Notes: generated by a model not told the origin, from the sequence alone. A stretch of DNA of 64,000 nt from Tubiluchus corallicola (GCA_030141605.1 JAQGDQ010000016.1:1118282-1182281), one strand, 5' to 3'. Shown: positions 1-21,884, counted from the stretch's first letter. Made by a program: numbers and translations.

Positions 1-2777
1 AGTTAGGTTCGCTACTCTGAAACTGCAATATAAAAATTCTGTTTTGTTATCAGCAATAACAATGTTTCCAACGTTGCTCATCGCGGCAGTTTTGCTCATT
101 TTGTTACTATTTGTATGGCAGTGGAAGAAACGTCCCGAAGGGGCACCGCCGGGCCCTGTGGGCTGGCCCATCGTTGGTTCGATGTTCTCAATGGGAAAGG
201 ACCCAACCGCGTATTTTGAAAAGCTCACAAAACGGTATGGCAACATTTTCGGGCTGTACATAGGACCAACTTTCAACGTGGTCATCAACGATTTTGAAAC
301 GGGTCGTGAAGCTTTTCTGAAACATGGAGATGTATTTTCTGGAAGGTTCGAAAGTTTTACAATCGGTGAAATTATGGGAGACGATGAAATGCGTGGTAAG
401 TACTGCGATCATATAGCATTTGTAGTTGTGTTTTTAAAGAACCGCTTTCTTAATGTCTAATTTATATATTCAAAAAGCCAAGATTTCTTTGATCTTGAAC
501 AAGTGATTTAAAATATCAGAGACCTTTGCAAAAAAGCTTGAAAATTTTGGTATGTTAACTTATGTAGTTTATAAATCCATCCAAGTTAGCAAACGAGTAT
601 GGTGGGGAAGTTACACAAATTCCATCCTCACAGTAGTTGCAAAACAGTTGTGTTAGCTTAATGAAGTTATCTTAATTTTACATACTATTAACAAATAATA
701 GTCTTTCTATCTTTTATATCATCCTATATATATCAGCTTGATTCATTACAGCATTCCATTTTAAGCACTAATGTTTTTTTAATCACGATTCACTTTAAAT
801 TTTCAGATTATCTCCATTACTTTTTTTCTATCACTGTGTGGGACAATCTAACAAGCCCTGCATTTTGATTGTCCTCAACACATTTACCTTCGTATATAAG
901 TGAACGGTGTATGAGGCTTTTCCTGTGCAGTATTTCTTATTTGTATTATGTTCATTGTAAGCTCTTTCACTAGATATTGTACATGAAACTATTGTAAATG
1001 TGTAATGTGAAATAGATGACCTATGACTATTCGAGAATAGTACTGCAAACAATGAAGCATTGTGTAATACAGGTATGCAACTATTTGCTTCATTGGACGT
1101 GGACGCTTCAGGTAATTTTGCTAGCCGTATACCTAAAACTTAATCACTAAATTCTTTCGAAGAAAGTCAATAATTCAATATTACGACCCAATAATTCAGG
1201 GATATTGGTTGGTTGATTGATTTTGCAACATAGATTGTGAACAACATTATTGCTAGATCCTGTTATCCTGTTATGCAACTTAAACATCTAATAAGAAACT
1301 ACAATCCAAAGAGACTAAACAATAAACACTGGACAGTGAAAAGCAAGAAATTACTGTAACATTGTTTGCAAAGTTATTTCATCATGTAAGTGTGAACAGG
1401 CCCTAATGTTGCACTTTTGGATTACAGGGCTTGTGATGTCAGAAGGAAGACGATGGAAAGAACAGAGAAAATTTGCTCTGAGTAAACTCAAAGAGTTTGG
1501 AATGGGAAAGATTAGCTTGGAGAAGAAGATAAAAGAAGAAATATCAGCCTTTCTGAACGAGCTAAAGGATAAGGAAGGCAAACCTTTCGATCCTAAACTA
1601 TATCTTTCAAATACAATTTCAAATGTCATATGTTCCATAGTATTTGGAAACCGTTACGAATACGATGACTCGGCATTTATCAAGTTAATGGACTACATTG
1701 CTCAAGATGTCCAAAATCCTGACATTACTGGGTTTATTGATGTCTTTCCGTGGCTGAGGTATCTCCCAGGATTTAGATCAAGGTGGGTCAGACGATCTTA
1801 CTCATCGTGCAAAACCTGTTGTAGCTAAATTAGGAAACAATCTCATTCATGAAGCGCTATTGGCCATTTTGAGCATTTTTTGGCATTTTTGTTTAACAAT
1901 CAGTAATTTATTACACTGAAACTACTGATTTTTTGGTGTAGTAGGCTCACATATTTCTTCTTATTCGAGTAGTTTGGTTTCATCTAAAGTTGTTCCTTTG
2001 TTCGTGAGGTGGCAGAGACTGATTGGTAATTGATTACTAGTCGATTGTCGATTGATCACCAAAAAAGCCAATCCCCGAATGGTAACACATTTGCGCAAAT
2101 ATTCGTTGCCAATACAGCTCTTCTGTGTTCTAGCGTCAACCTTAGCATTTACTCTCTTTGTTACCAGATGTCCAATTTATAGAAATCCGGTAATTGTTAC
2201 AAATTTAGTTACGGTTAACTTTAGAACATTGTTAATTTTTGACATGTGTTACCAGTTATCAATTTCTTTATGCGCGTAGAGTGTCCGTTCTTACATGCTC
2301 TTACAATAAGCCAGTGATTATTAATACCATTTAATTCTTGATGTTTAAAAGTCACCCTGTTCGTTTGTGTGCCTGGCCTTGAATCCTGCCGCGGCCGCAC
2401 TAGGCTAAAAATAAAACAACAATATATTTTGTGGAAATAGAGAGCTTCTTTTCAACAAAAATAGATCTCCAGACCATTAAGCCACTGGTTACTCTTTGTA
2501 GATCAAAGGCTACTAGGTTATGGACTTTGGTCAGAATATTTACCTACATGATAGTCTATTAACGCTAAATTCAACAACATAAATATAAATAGTGTTGATT
2601 GGCGTTTAAATGTTTGGGAACATTGATTATTACGTGTATTATCTGTTACGTGTTAAAGATTGATAAACAGCGATTTTGACTCTGTTCTTTTCTTATGCAT
2701 ATAAGTAAAAACCGAATGCCTTCATTTCAATCAGTGGTGTTGAAAAAGTAAAAATACTTCGAGTTATTTGTTCAGTA

Positions 2778-3559
2778 AAGCTCATTTCACAGCGAGGACG
2801 CAAAGAAAAATGACGTACGGAACTGCTGTCAGAAAATCAGAAAATATTTATGAAAATTTCCAATTTTTCTCGAAATCCCATTTACATGCAGCAAGGTAGT
2901 TCATTTCACAGTGAAATTGCGCGGTTTTTTCCGCACGCGCAGTTAACTCAACTTAACTGCAACTACTTCGCAAGTTTTATACTGTATAATCATGTTTAAA
3001 TTAAGTTTTGCTTACCGAATTTCTCATATGCAAAGTACAATTAGCAAAAGTATTTATTAATCAAAGTATTTTTACACCTGTTTGTTTTTAGTAAAGTTTT
3101 ACTAATGACTTCAAAATCTAAAAATATACATGTACAGTATAACATAAATATATTCGTTATTTTTGTTTTTACGAATATAGCCATCGATGTTGCATTAAAA
3201 AAACACAAAATCGTCAGTCTGTTAAAGGAGAAATTAAATCTTAGAAATTAAATCTGCTGAAACGTGTTAATTGTTGTTCGTTAAATAAGAAACAATTAAC
3301 AAAGTAGTTAAATTAAAGACTGAATTCTACGAGAATTCTTCAAGAAAATGGAACATACAGGCAAAATTCCTTACGAGGAGGACGCATAGCTGCTAGCTGG
3401 CAGCAGAATTCCCCAAGAGGAATTGCACGAGGAATTTTGCTGCGCGTCCTCACTGTGAAAGGCGCCATAGAAAACAATGTGTTTCATTTTCGCGAGGAAT
3501 TCCTCAAAGAATTTCTCCTCTAGGCATTCTGTTGCGCGTCTTCACTGTGAAATGGGCCT
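2778..3559. mobile_element. MITE-like element with ~25-bp terminal inverted repeats in CYP-A intron 2
   Basis: Left end agctcatttcacagcgaggacgc vs right end gcgtcttcactgtgaaatgggcct; internal inverted copies near 2900 and 3445. Confidence 0.55.
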
Positions 3560-3848
3560 CAGCTTTCCTAGAAATTAACTGCTTAGTCATCATTATTTCA
3601 GATACAAGAAGTTCATGGAAAATGAATTTCACATTATGGACTTTATAAAAAGCCATGTGGACGAACACACGAAAACGTACAATCCAGATGACTTTGTTTC
3701 TCTTATTTAATGAAAATCCATTGTATTAATTCCAAATCCATTCCAGTAACCTAATATTGTACTCTAACTGTAATGGTGACAAAATTTTTACATTGGCTTT
3801 TGATTATAATGTCTCTAAGCTTTTTTGAGCTGTTTTGTACCTCTCTGA

Positions 3849-4455
3849 GTAAGCAAGACAGGACGATTTTTCATATACTACCCCATTTTCAACACTGATA
3901 AAAAGTACACATTTTTAGACAATTAATACTACAAACGCATTTCTGATAATTAAATAATAGATTACAAACTTAATTAACGGCAGGCGAGCCCAACTATTCA
4001 TGACATCACAAATTAACATAATTTTCAACAACAAAAATATTCCACGAGTGTGTTGCACGTGTTTGCGAAAGCAAAAATTGAAGTACAATGCTACTGTAAA
4101 ATATTCAGCAAGTTTTAAGATAAAAATTCAAATTTCAAATATACCGCTGTGATCACGTATGAGCTTTCGAAACGGTGTACGTTTGTCACAGACTAGCACA
4201 TTTGAACTGAGAGGTACAGCACCCGTTTTTTGTGCAATGCGTTTCCCAAATGCAGGTGCTAATGCCCGTTTAACTAGCGAAAGGCGAAAGGCCTGTAACA
4301 GCGAAGAACTAGTGGTACGAACATGAAATTGTGTTTGTGTGGTAATAATTCTTTCACGTAAGTCATTTTTGAAAAAATAGTATGTTTCCTTTCAATATTT
4401 GAAAGAGTTGATTGTTTTGACCTACAGTTTAAGATTGGATCCTGTTTTGCTTTAA
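3849..4455. mobile_element. ~600-bp TTAA-flanked non-autonomous DNA element, family A (Kolobok-like), copy 1
   Basis: Ends aagcaagacagg ... cctgttttgctttaa; visibly homologous along its length to 18275-18852 and 32327-32903. Confidence 0.7.
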
Positions 4456-6201
4456 TTTTGGTTGCAACCATGTTGACAAAGGACGAGAATCGTGCAAACG
4501 ACACAGTTTAGAGTAGAAATAAGTAAACGTGGAAAAGCAATTTCAAAAAGCACTTGAAGTCAAATTTTTAATAAGTGTAATCAATTTTAATGACGTTGTA
4601 GCAGTAAAATAAGATTTCTGACATGATCAGAAGAGAAATGAGTTAAACCCGAGTTGAGATGAGATGGCTTCTTCATTTTCAATTCTGACACTAAAGAAAT
4701 GTGTTTACAAGAAAAAAATCAAACAAAATATCAGAGACTTTTAATTCAAAAGTCGAGATGCAAGGTTATTTAATCAATTATTGTTCATATAAATTCACAA
4801 CTAAACCTTGAAATATCTTAAATATGGGGCGATTTGACGTGACAGAGTTCCAGGTTAGCTCACTTCCCTTTTCTCTGCCTCTTTTAGCATGTTAAAAGGG
4901 TTCTAGCATATTAACAACTTCGAAAAATCACTCGAAACACTTAATTATTGTGACACTAATAGATAAATTCAGTAAAATACAAATTATTGATTTTTTGCAA
5001 TAATGGGTGCCAAATCTGTTAAAATAGTAAGTATTTAACTTTTTTTCAGTTAGTGAGCTTATGTGGGTTGCAGCAGACTGTTTCTTTGCTGGAACCGAAA
5101 CCACGTCATCAACACTTTATTGGGCGTTTATTTACTTGCTGCATTATCCCGATGTACAGAAACGCGTGCAGAAAGAAATTGATGACGTCATTGGAAAATC
5201 AAGGCTGCCATCTGTAGCCGACAAACCAAACATGCCTTTCACGGAAGCAACTTTAACTGAAATACAAAGAATGGGTAATGAAAGTGTTGGCAAAAATAAG
5301 AAATTTTTTGTTGACCATACTGATGATTTACAAACTATATTAACATTCATTGCTACTATCATCCTAATTTTCTAATTTTTTCCATGGCACTTTTTTCCAT
5401 ATATATGTAGCTTATATCATAGAACTTACAAAAAGGCTTTTAAAATGTTGTTTCGTATTTACATCCAGAGCTAAAGCAACATGATACTAGTCATTTGTGA
5501 TGGCCTGCAATTTTTGGTCTTTTGAAAGTAGTATTTTCAACACATTTTCAGGAAACATTGTACCACTTGGAGTACCACATTCCACTTCAAAAGAGGTGAC
5601 GTTTCAAGGCTACAGAATACCAGCTCGTACGACTGTAATGTTGAACTTGACTGCCATCCATCAGGATCCGGTCATGTTTCCGGAACCTAATCACTTCCGT
5701 CCTGAACGCCATTTGAACGACAAAGGAGAGTTTGTAAAGAATGATGCAGTAATTCCATTTTCAGTTGGTGAGATTTATTTTACACATAGAGAAAGAAGAA
5801 GAAAAAGAAAACCTTCTAATGGAGGGGGTGTGGGATAGATGGTTATAGCATCTATTTACAAAACCTCATCAGAAGGGAAGGACAGGCAGATAGACCTTTT
5901 TTTCTTTCACCAATACATAACCAATTATCGGTTAAGTTTGAGTAAGGCTAGAAAGGTGATCAGAGTTTGCACAGGTGTTGAAACTTGGATTCGAACCAAG
6001 AACCTCTGGATTGGCTTTCAGGTGTTGTAACCACACAGACACCTGACACAAAGTAGAGCAATGTTTTGGTTATAGACATTTTATTACTTGGAAGCAGCAT
6101 ACCTTTTGTTACACATTAACACCTGGTTAGGCAATGTGATGCGTCCACCATTGCATGCCACTAACCTCCAACACATCTAGCCCATTTTTCTAAAAAAGTG
6201 T

Positions 6202-6236
<35 letters not shown>

Positions 6237-8208
6237 TCCTATTATACATATATATAATGTAAACATATATATATGTATACATTATATATATGTATGTATA
6301 CATATATAATGCTCATCTGCGCTCTCGTACAAACTCACAAAGGGAATTTGAATCTTGTTAAAAGGACATAGGTATAGCCAACAAGGAAGACATTTTCTTA
6401 TAGGACAGTGTTGAAGACAAATCTCCAACAAATCAAGCCAACATATCAAAAAGTGTTTTATGTCTATATAATGCTCGCCTTGGCTCTCATTCGAAAACAC
6501 AAAGGGAGTTTCAATCTTGCCAGAGGGACACGGGTATAGCCCACTAGAAAGGCATTTTTATAGGACAGGCAATCACAAATTCCTGAAAGGTAGTTAGTCA
6601 TGTAACTGAACTTGATCACCGTCAGTAAAAATAATACCACAATATAGAATAGTTATTTAGTCCATTAGCAATTTAACTAAATAATGTCACAATGCTACCA
6701 AATCGTACACACTTTTAATTTTGCAGTTATGCACATGCAGCATGAACAGAAGTAAAATCAAACAGTGCTCTTCTGAGACGTCCCATTATCGTAATCATAA
6801 ATAAGACAATGTGCCTTATCTCTACCTTACAGCTAACAAAGGTCCTGTGAAAAACGAAAACTTCTGTGTCTTAATGGGCCCTTTGTATTCTTTGCGATTT
6901 GAATGTGAGTCTTTGAATGTAAGTAAGACTCTGTTTATGTTTCCAAAGATCCTGAATACGTTCTACCACTTTCAGTAGTATGGAAATTATCGGCCTAAAA
7001 CCGCTTGCAAATAGGCCTAATCAATGAAAGTTCTAATGCAACATGCAGGTTTGTAAAAACGGCTTTTGCAGCTTCAATAAAAACCATTAACGGTAACTGC
7101 AAAATGAAATGAAGAATCATTTTAAAATCAGTTCAAAAGAAGACAAAACGAACTTACTAGTATCAGCAGAGTATTAAGAGAAAAACATGTGCAAGTCCTA
7201 TTATGGCGCACTAGAGTTTTATAAAATAGTTTTGTTTGTTTAGGTCGACGTGTCTGTCTTGGTGAAGCTTTGGCAAGAATGGAGCTGTTTTTATACTTCA
7301 CGAGCATACTGCAAAACTTTGACATTCAGCTACCCCCTGGTGCTCCTAAACCGAGCTTAGAACCACATTTTGGTTTCCTAGTGTCAGCTCCCGAACCTTA
7401 TAAGATTCAAATGAATGTTCGTTAATCAACATTAATAAGATAGAATATAGCTGTACGTGAATAGAGAGAAAAATTACTTTAAAAAGAGTTGTTTTTTTTT
7501 GCTAAGTGCTGTCAGAAAAGTTTTAGTGTTAAAGAATTGTAAATTTAAAAAAATATTTAAGTAACGTTTTTTTGTGATTAGGTTTAAAACAGAAATAGTT
7601 TAAGTAAACATTTTCAGCATGAGAAAGCTGGTTGCAAACTAGATTTTACATGTTGGCAGTACTTGATGGCTTAAACTTGCTTTAACGTGAAATATAGATA
7701 ATTACTCGATCTATCATCGTGAATTTTGTAATTTCTTTTGTTTACATGTGTCCAGTAGCCAATATTCAATAACTACTTGTGTGTTTTGCCTGAAAAACAA
7801 GCATCATAGAAATTCCGTTGCCTTACATTTGGTGAGGTATCACAGATTCAGCAGAATAAGATTTGCGCGTTAACATTTTCATTTCATTTTTTTATTTGAA
7901 ACCTCTTGGCACCAGTGAATTATAGTAGTTACCACTATATTACTTCAGAAGGCAGACGATAAAACACTTATAAAAATAAGGTTAGACGTTAGTAACGTCA
8001 AATCATATTTATTTGATTTTTTTCTTGTGCCATACAGATTGAAAATTTGTTTGTTTGTTGTTTTTTGTCTGTTATTTGTTTTTCGTGCATTGATTCGTTT
8101 GTTTGTGTGCTGATTCGCTTACTTGCGTACCTGTTTATTCGTGTTTCTGCTAGTTTTCTCTCATTTTTTAAAATTATTTTCTTAATGACATTTTTATTTA
8201 GACTACAA

Positions 8209-8643
8209 CAGTGGCTGATTTAGGGGGTGTGCTCAAGGGGCCTGGGCCCTCCCTTTCACAGTAACAGTTACAACACACCAAATGAATATTTTCTCTGAAT
8301 TATACGCATTACAACGATTTCCTAAATCCTAAAGATGCCTTATATCTGTAAAACTCATGTATCACCAGAAAACAAATGTAAATGATTGTACATTCATGTA
8401 TGCTGTATAATGTTTATCAATATATTGGCATGTAATCTTAAATCAAAGGTGAAATGAAACCTGTTCTAAACTAGTGAGCGTCCTTGAAGAAATGGCTTTT
8501 AGAAGGCAGAAAAGTGGTCGAAATGCAGTAAAATGTGTTGTTGTCCGGGTGGACCTCGTTGGGGAGCTTACACCGCTCCCCCAACCCCCGTAAGTGCTTT
8601 TCTGTTGGACTCACCGTTGTTCTAAAACCTGTATCCGCCCCTA
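8209..8643. mobile_element. Probable MITE with G/C-rich subterminal tracts
   Basis: Imperfect TIRs cagtggctgatttagg / cctgtatccgcccct. Confidence 0.4.
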
Positions 8644-8913
8644 TATTACATAAGCGGCTATAACTAATACGGGAACAGAGAAATAGAAGCATTTGAAAAC
8701 ATAATTATATATCCGTTAGTTATATACATTTGTAGATCCTTTTAAACTATGTCTTGTTAATTGCTATACTACAAACGCTTGTTTTTTTTCTGTATTTAAA
8801 AATAAAATTGTCATAAAACGGAATGTTGCAGTTGGTTACACTTATTTAATGTGAGCAGTGTGCTGTGTTGCGGGGAAAAGCAATGCATACTACTACTGTT
8901 GTTTCCAAAATAT

Positions 8914-9646
8914 TTAAAAGACAAGAAAAAGGGTACCTGATGTAGGTTTCAGAAAAATCGCCTTAAAAATTATACTACTTTACAGCAATTATATGTGTAC
9001 ATAGTGCTTGCGTTGAAAGGAATTTTTGTTTGTTTTCATTTTAAATCTTCTGCAATACTGTTCTGACGGCGCCATTACATGACGTCACTACGACACGAAA
9101 ATCAGGGGAAGAAAAGGCATTGCTAAATTATTTCCAAAAAAATATTCCATGCATATCCATATTACTTACCATTTCGCTTAACTGCTGGAAAGACTTATGT
9201 AACTAGAAATAACAATTTAAAATATTCGTGCCAATTGGTAAAATGTCGCTGAGTCACCCTTCAGGGTGCGCCACTCAGTAACCAAAATGGTATTTCTAAT
9301 CTTATTGACAAGATACAGTAATTTAAAATTTTACTTAGTTAGTAACATGTATGCTAGGATGCTCTGATTATTTTTTCAAAAATTACTCAGTGTTATCTAT
9401 GCTAGGATGCTCTGATTATTTTTTCAAACTTTGCTCAGTGTTATCTAAACTTGTTTCAAACGACCTACCATCAAAATGGCTGCCCCTAATGGTCATCGCG
9501 GGAGTAAATTTACACACTTTATTCAGCGTTACAGCCGACGCAAACGACGATGCCGACTGCATGCAAAAAGACAGTGTGTAAATGGTATAAATTTCAAGAC
9601 GAATTTTTTAAGCTTTATGTAAGTGGAGGTTTTTCTTGTGCTTTAA
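8914..9646 (+). mobile_element. ~730-bp TTAA-flanked non-autonomous DNA element, family B (Kolobok-like), copy 1
   Basis: ttaaaagacaagaa ... ttcttgtgctttaa; homologous to 60508-61199; internal ~48-bp duplication near 9350-9448. Confidence 0.7.
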
Positions 9647-9769
9647 AAATTTACTTTTAAAATAATCTACAACCTCCTTGCATGAACGTAGTTTCTTCTT
9701 GCAAATCTCTGTCTCATTTCCATCCTAGTGACCCATCAACTTATACCGGCCAATAATTAATATTACACT

Positions 9770-10190
9770 CGAGGGTTAGCAACCAGGAAGAGATTGTCAG
9801 AGTGCACTTAAATGTATCCAAGGTTTTTGATTGATTTCAACATGACGGTTTTTTTTCAAATTACATGCAGCCCATTATTAGATTGGCTAAAATAAAATAA
9901 TATTTAGAGAGCTGTCATCAAAGTGTTGTCATTAAGGGATCTGAATGCCTCAGAAAGGATTCACGTAGAGGCGGGAGTCTCCAAGGATAGATTCTACGCC
10001 CACTGTTGTTTTGGTGTTCATTAATGACACATCTGCAAACTTGGAGAATACTCTTCGTTGTTTACATACTTTTTTCTAACTCTCTCTCTTTTTTGTCCCC
10101 TGAAAAATATTAGCCTTGCAGTTGAAATCCTAAACTGTGACATTACTAAAATTCAAAACTTGGTATTCAAAGTGGTTAATAACAATGATG
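9770..10190 (+). mobile_element. Degenerate LINE reverse-transcriptase fragment
   Basis: Frameshifted remnants of SKxFD and GVxQG..L.PLLF.VFIND motifs; boundaries approximate. Confidence 0.55.
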
Positions 10191-10299
10191 GTTCAAAAGT
10201 AGTTCAGTAAAATGCTGGAGGTATAATACTTTTTTCGTAATGCTGAAAATGAAGTAATGAATTGTATTTTCGACTATTAACACAGTGGCTTGCTCAGTG

Positions 10300-10660
10300 C
10301 TGTGTTATCTCCCGGAAACTCTATATCGAAGACAAAACCGACTGCAATTCTTTTAACACGTTAGTCTATTCAGGTATGTTAATTTAGTCTTTTTATTTTA
10401 TTTAATTAGCTTTTATTCTGGGAAGACTTATTGCATAGTGATTGGTTTTTCTTTCTATTCAGTCGTGGTAATTTTTTATAGCTTGTTATATTTTAAATCA
10501 ATGATGTTTTGCTTTTCATTTTCTTTTTTTCACTCTGGTGACCTACTGCCTTAACATTTTATCTGTAATATTCATCTGATGAGGCCGTTAGGACGAAAAC
10601 TCCTGAAATAAATAAGTAATCTATTGTGAGATTATAAAGTGCATTCAACGTTTTATTCAG
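10300..10660 (+). mobile_element. Penelope-like element 3' remnant carrying a minimal hammerhead core
   Basis: CTGATGA-GGCC-gtta-GGAC-GAAA at 10576-10598 followed by AATAAA; T-rich tract and a possible ETLY..KP endonuclease-end remnant upstream. Confidence 0.5.
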
Positions 10661-11133
10661 GCTAAAGATGGCAAGCCTCATGCGCATTTTTTTCACATTT
10701 TAGATGATTTAAAAAATTTGGCGCACGTTATTCCAAAACCGGTAGCCCTTAAAACAGCGCCCTCTTGCCCACGTATAAAACAAGTCTAGCATGACCTTGT
10801 ACTTCAGTAGTCCACTCATAAGTGAGCTTAAAAATAGGTTTATTTCCGAATTTGCGAGTGCCGTTGCGCTCAGTTAAAGCTTGCTTGTGAGTCTTGTACA
10901 TAACAGGCAGTACTGCTTAGCAATAAACAGTCAAATCTCGATATTAGCGTTGATTACATCATTTAAATGTGTTGATTTACATCTACAAACGTTATATTGT
11001 AGACACGTGTATAAAAAACACGTCTTCAAAATTAGTGCGACGCTTTCAAATATCCCAAGCGGCCAAGGCAGTGAAATCTATTTTTAAAAAAATTGCAGTC
11101 TGTTGTGTTTAATGCAGCAACATCGACATTAGC

Positions 11134-19166
<8,033 letters not shown>

Positions 19167-21039
19167 AGTGTCGAACACCCACAAGTACAAGAGTTTCATA
19201 TGAAAATCTGCATGATTGTTCATGCAACGTAGGGTCAAGCGGTAAGGGGCTAGGCGCCTAGAGGAGAAGTTTCAGATGCAAAAGCAGGAACTTTTGCCAT
19301 GGGAGGAATTCGGTCAGACGAAGAACTCTAATCTGGGGGGAAATGTATTCTATGCACTGTGTATACACCTATACTTAACCAAATGAACTGCTGCTAATAT
19401 ACACAAGTTAGTAAGCTGCGTGCAGACGAAAGTTAGAATTAAAACACATTGAAGTTTTGTGAAGATTTAATTAACTATCATCTTTTTCTATTAATGCACT
19501 TAAACATTGAAGTTTTGTGATGATTCAATTAACTATCATCTTTTTTCTATTAATGCACTTAAAAAGAGGAGCTTTAAACTTGTAATTCTTTAGCAACTCA
19601 TTTGGACATTAAATCATGTACATGTTTTATGACGAATTAAAATACTGATTTCGTTTTTCATTTGATTTAACTAATTCAAGATTAAAGTTGTTTTAATAAT
19701 TAAAGTGCAGAGGCAGAAAAATTAATGGAGTAAATTTAGGAAACCAGGAATCGCAAAGGTTGGCATGCGAATCAGAGCTCCGAGCGTCATTGGCTGGGGA
19801 ATTGAACAAATACAGATGTTTCCAGAGCAAGGGTATACCTTGTTTTAGTCCTTTATTTCAAATACACGTTTTACGTAGCTTGATAGATATCCAACTCTAG
19901 AATGTAAATAAATAATAGACAGCAAATCATGTGTTCCAGTAAAAATGACAAAGAAAAATTATTAAAACACGGAAGACTACAATGAAATTATATTTGTTGT
20001 AGTTTTAATTATTATATATATATATAATTGTTATAATATATATATATATATAAATATTAGAAACCTAAATAATTACTGTTTAAATATAAATAAAAATAAA
20101 ACGATGGGATGCTTTATCCTTTGATCTGAGGTCTGACAACTGTATAATTCTCGTCAACGCAACACGCCTTGCAAGTATCACAAGCCCTGGAATAAGAAAA
20201 AAAACCGTCTAATTATTATTAATAAAATTGGATACTTTTAAACTGTTGATGTGTATCGATATTTTTATCATTTAACCGTTACATAGGATAAATGGTTGGG
20301 GCTTTCTGACAGTCTATTGTGGCTTTTTGACAATCTATTGTGGCTTTCTGACAATCTATATTTAGAGGTCATCTGATGCAACCGTAACCTGCAAAATTAC
20401 AACCGTTAAAACAAAAAACCAAACAAACACAAAAACAAACAAATAAACAAACAGCAGACACAAACACACAAATAAACAAACAGACAAACAAGCAAGCAAA
20501 CAGCTAAAACAAAAGCCAAATTCCCATGCAGAGATTAAAAAGTCCTATTCAAAGTCCTATTCAATTTATTGTACTTACGATTTGATACTTACACACATTT
20601 CTCATGATATCCACACTGCTTAATTCTGGGATCGCATGGCCACACAAAACAGTAATACGTAACTGGAGCCCAACAACCTGTAACCAAGAAAACTCCTTTT
20701 ACGAGTGTCGTGGTGGCTGTCTCTCTGCCGGAGTGCACCACCATAATGGACGTTCTCTATTACTTAATAAACATTTCCGAAATTTAACAACAATTACGAC
20801 GTATCTGAACTGAAAACGTAGGTGGAAGTTCAAAACAAACAAGCGTAGGAGCGATTAGATGTAAGTAACCTCTTGCAAAAGTAATTCACCATTTGTTTTG
20901 ATCCCGTTAATAGTAAGTGCATTTAATCTAGACAACGGAATTCTAATTTATCACTGTAACAACTTGAAAGAACAGTACTCACCGCTTAGGAGACATTCAT
21001 TTTCTGGTGGATGTTTCAATTTATCAAAAAAACTTGCAG

Positions 21040-21265
21040 CTGTCACTTCTAAATTAAAAAACACCAAACCGTATTACTGTAAGTTATGTACGTCTATACT
21101 GTACGGTACTTGTCAAAAAACTTTCAGTTGTCACTTGTAAATTAAAACTACCATACCGTATTACTGTAAGTTATGTATGTCTATACTGTACGGTACTTGT
21201 CAAAAAACTTTTCGTTGTCACTTCTAAATTAAAAAAACACCAAAGAGTATTACTCTAAGTTATTC
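21040..21265. repeat. ~78-bp tandem repeat, ~3 copies
   Basis: tgtcacttctaaattaaaa...ccgtattactgtaagttatgta...gtacggtacttgtcaaaaaact recurring. Confidence 0.8.
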
Positions 21266-21884
21266 TTAACAAGTCTATAGATACTGTACGTATAGAACAT
21301 AGATTCGTATAGAATACTATGATTTCAAATTATAATAATGCAAACTTACCGTATCCTAAGTTAGCAACTAGCCCCACAAAAACACAAACCATGAAAATTG
21401 TCTTTGACGAATCCATTTCAAAATGTCTTGCAACGTTGTTGGCGTATAAATGTTTCTTAATTCAATTTCTGAAATTCAGTGTCTTTATGAATTCATTTAC
21501 GACTGTACGTTGAGGTAACATACGTCCTGCAGTCTTGCTTCGACAGTAAACTATCGCATTAAATGTTCAAGGGTATGAGGGCTGTATATATACGTAATTC
21601 ATACAAGACTCGTGCTCACAAACAACAACATACAATAGTTTGTGGAACAGGATGCTGGTGTTTCCTTTTAGCTATTTAACTACTCACGACTACATGTAGT
21701 GTAATAACTGATCCGTGTAGCTTCTGAGAGCTCAAAAAGTTGTTACGTACGTAGCCTTTCTGCATCACAATTTTCTTAAGTATAGACCTACATTTATTAG
21801 AAACGAAAATACTTCGCTCAGACGGAAACTTGTAAACACAAAACATCACAGACATTTTAATAGTCCAGCAGGGAACATCTCTTT

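Larger units (their letters stand above)
62..7425 (+). pseudogene. CYP2-clan cytochrome P450, copy A; exon 3 disrupted (pseudogene or null allele)
   Basis: Exons 62-395, 1428-1782, 3602-(broken), 5050-5274, 5552-5767, 7244-7425 with GT-AG boundaries. Motifs: N-terminal anchor + PPGP, WKEQR, AGTETT, EIQR, PERH, heme motif PFSVGRRVCLG. Exon 3 reads ...YNPDDFVSLI* (in-frame TAA 3708-3710) and lacks the phase-1 donor needed to join exon 4. Confidence 0.8.

Noticed and set aside
6305-6570. Two diverged ~100-bp direct repeats ~163 bp apart in CYP-A intron 5 (also a ~59-bp duplication at 19440-19560 and a 21-bp one at 20320-20358)
   Set aside because: Ordinary local duplications with no coding or structural signal.
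188-7325. Minus-strand ORFs overlapping CYP exons (and plus-strand ORFs over Wnt8 and GPCR exons)
   Set aside because: Antisense shadows of real exons with no independent motifs.
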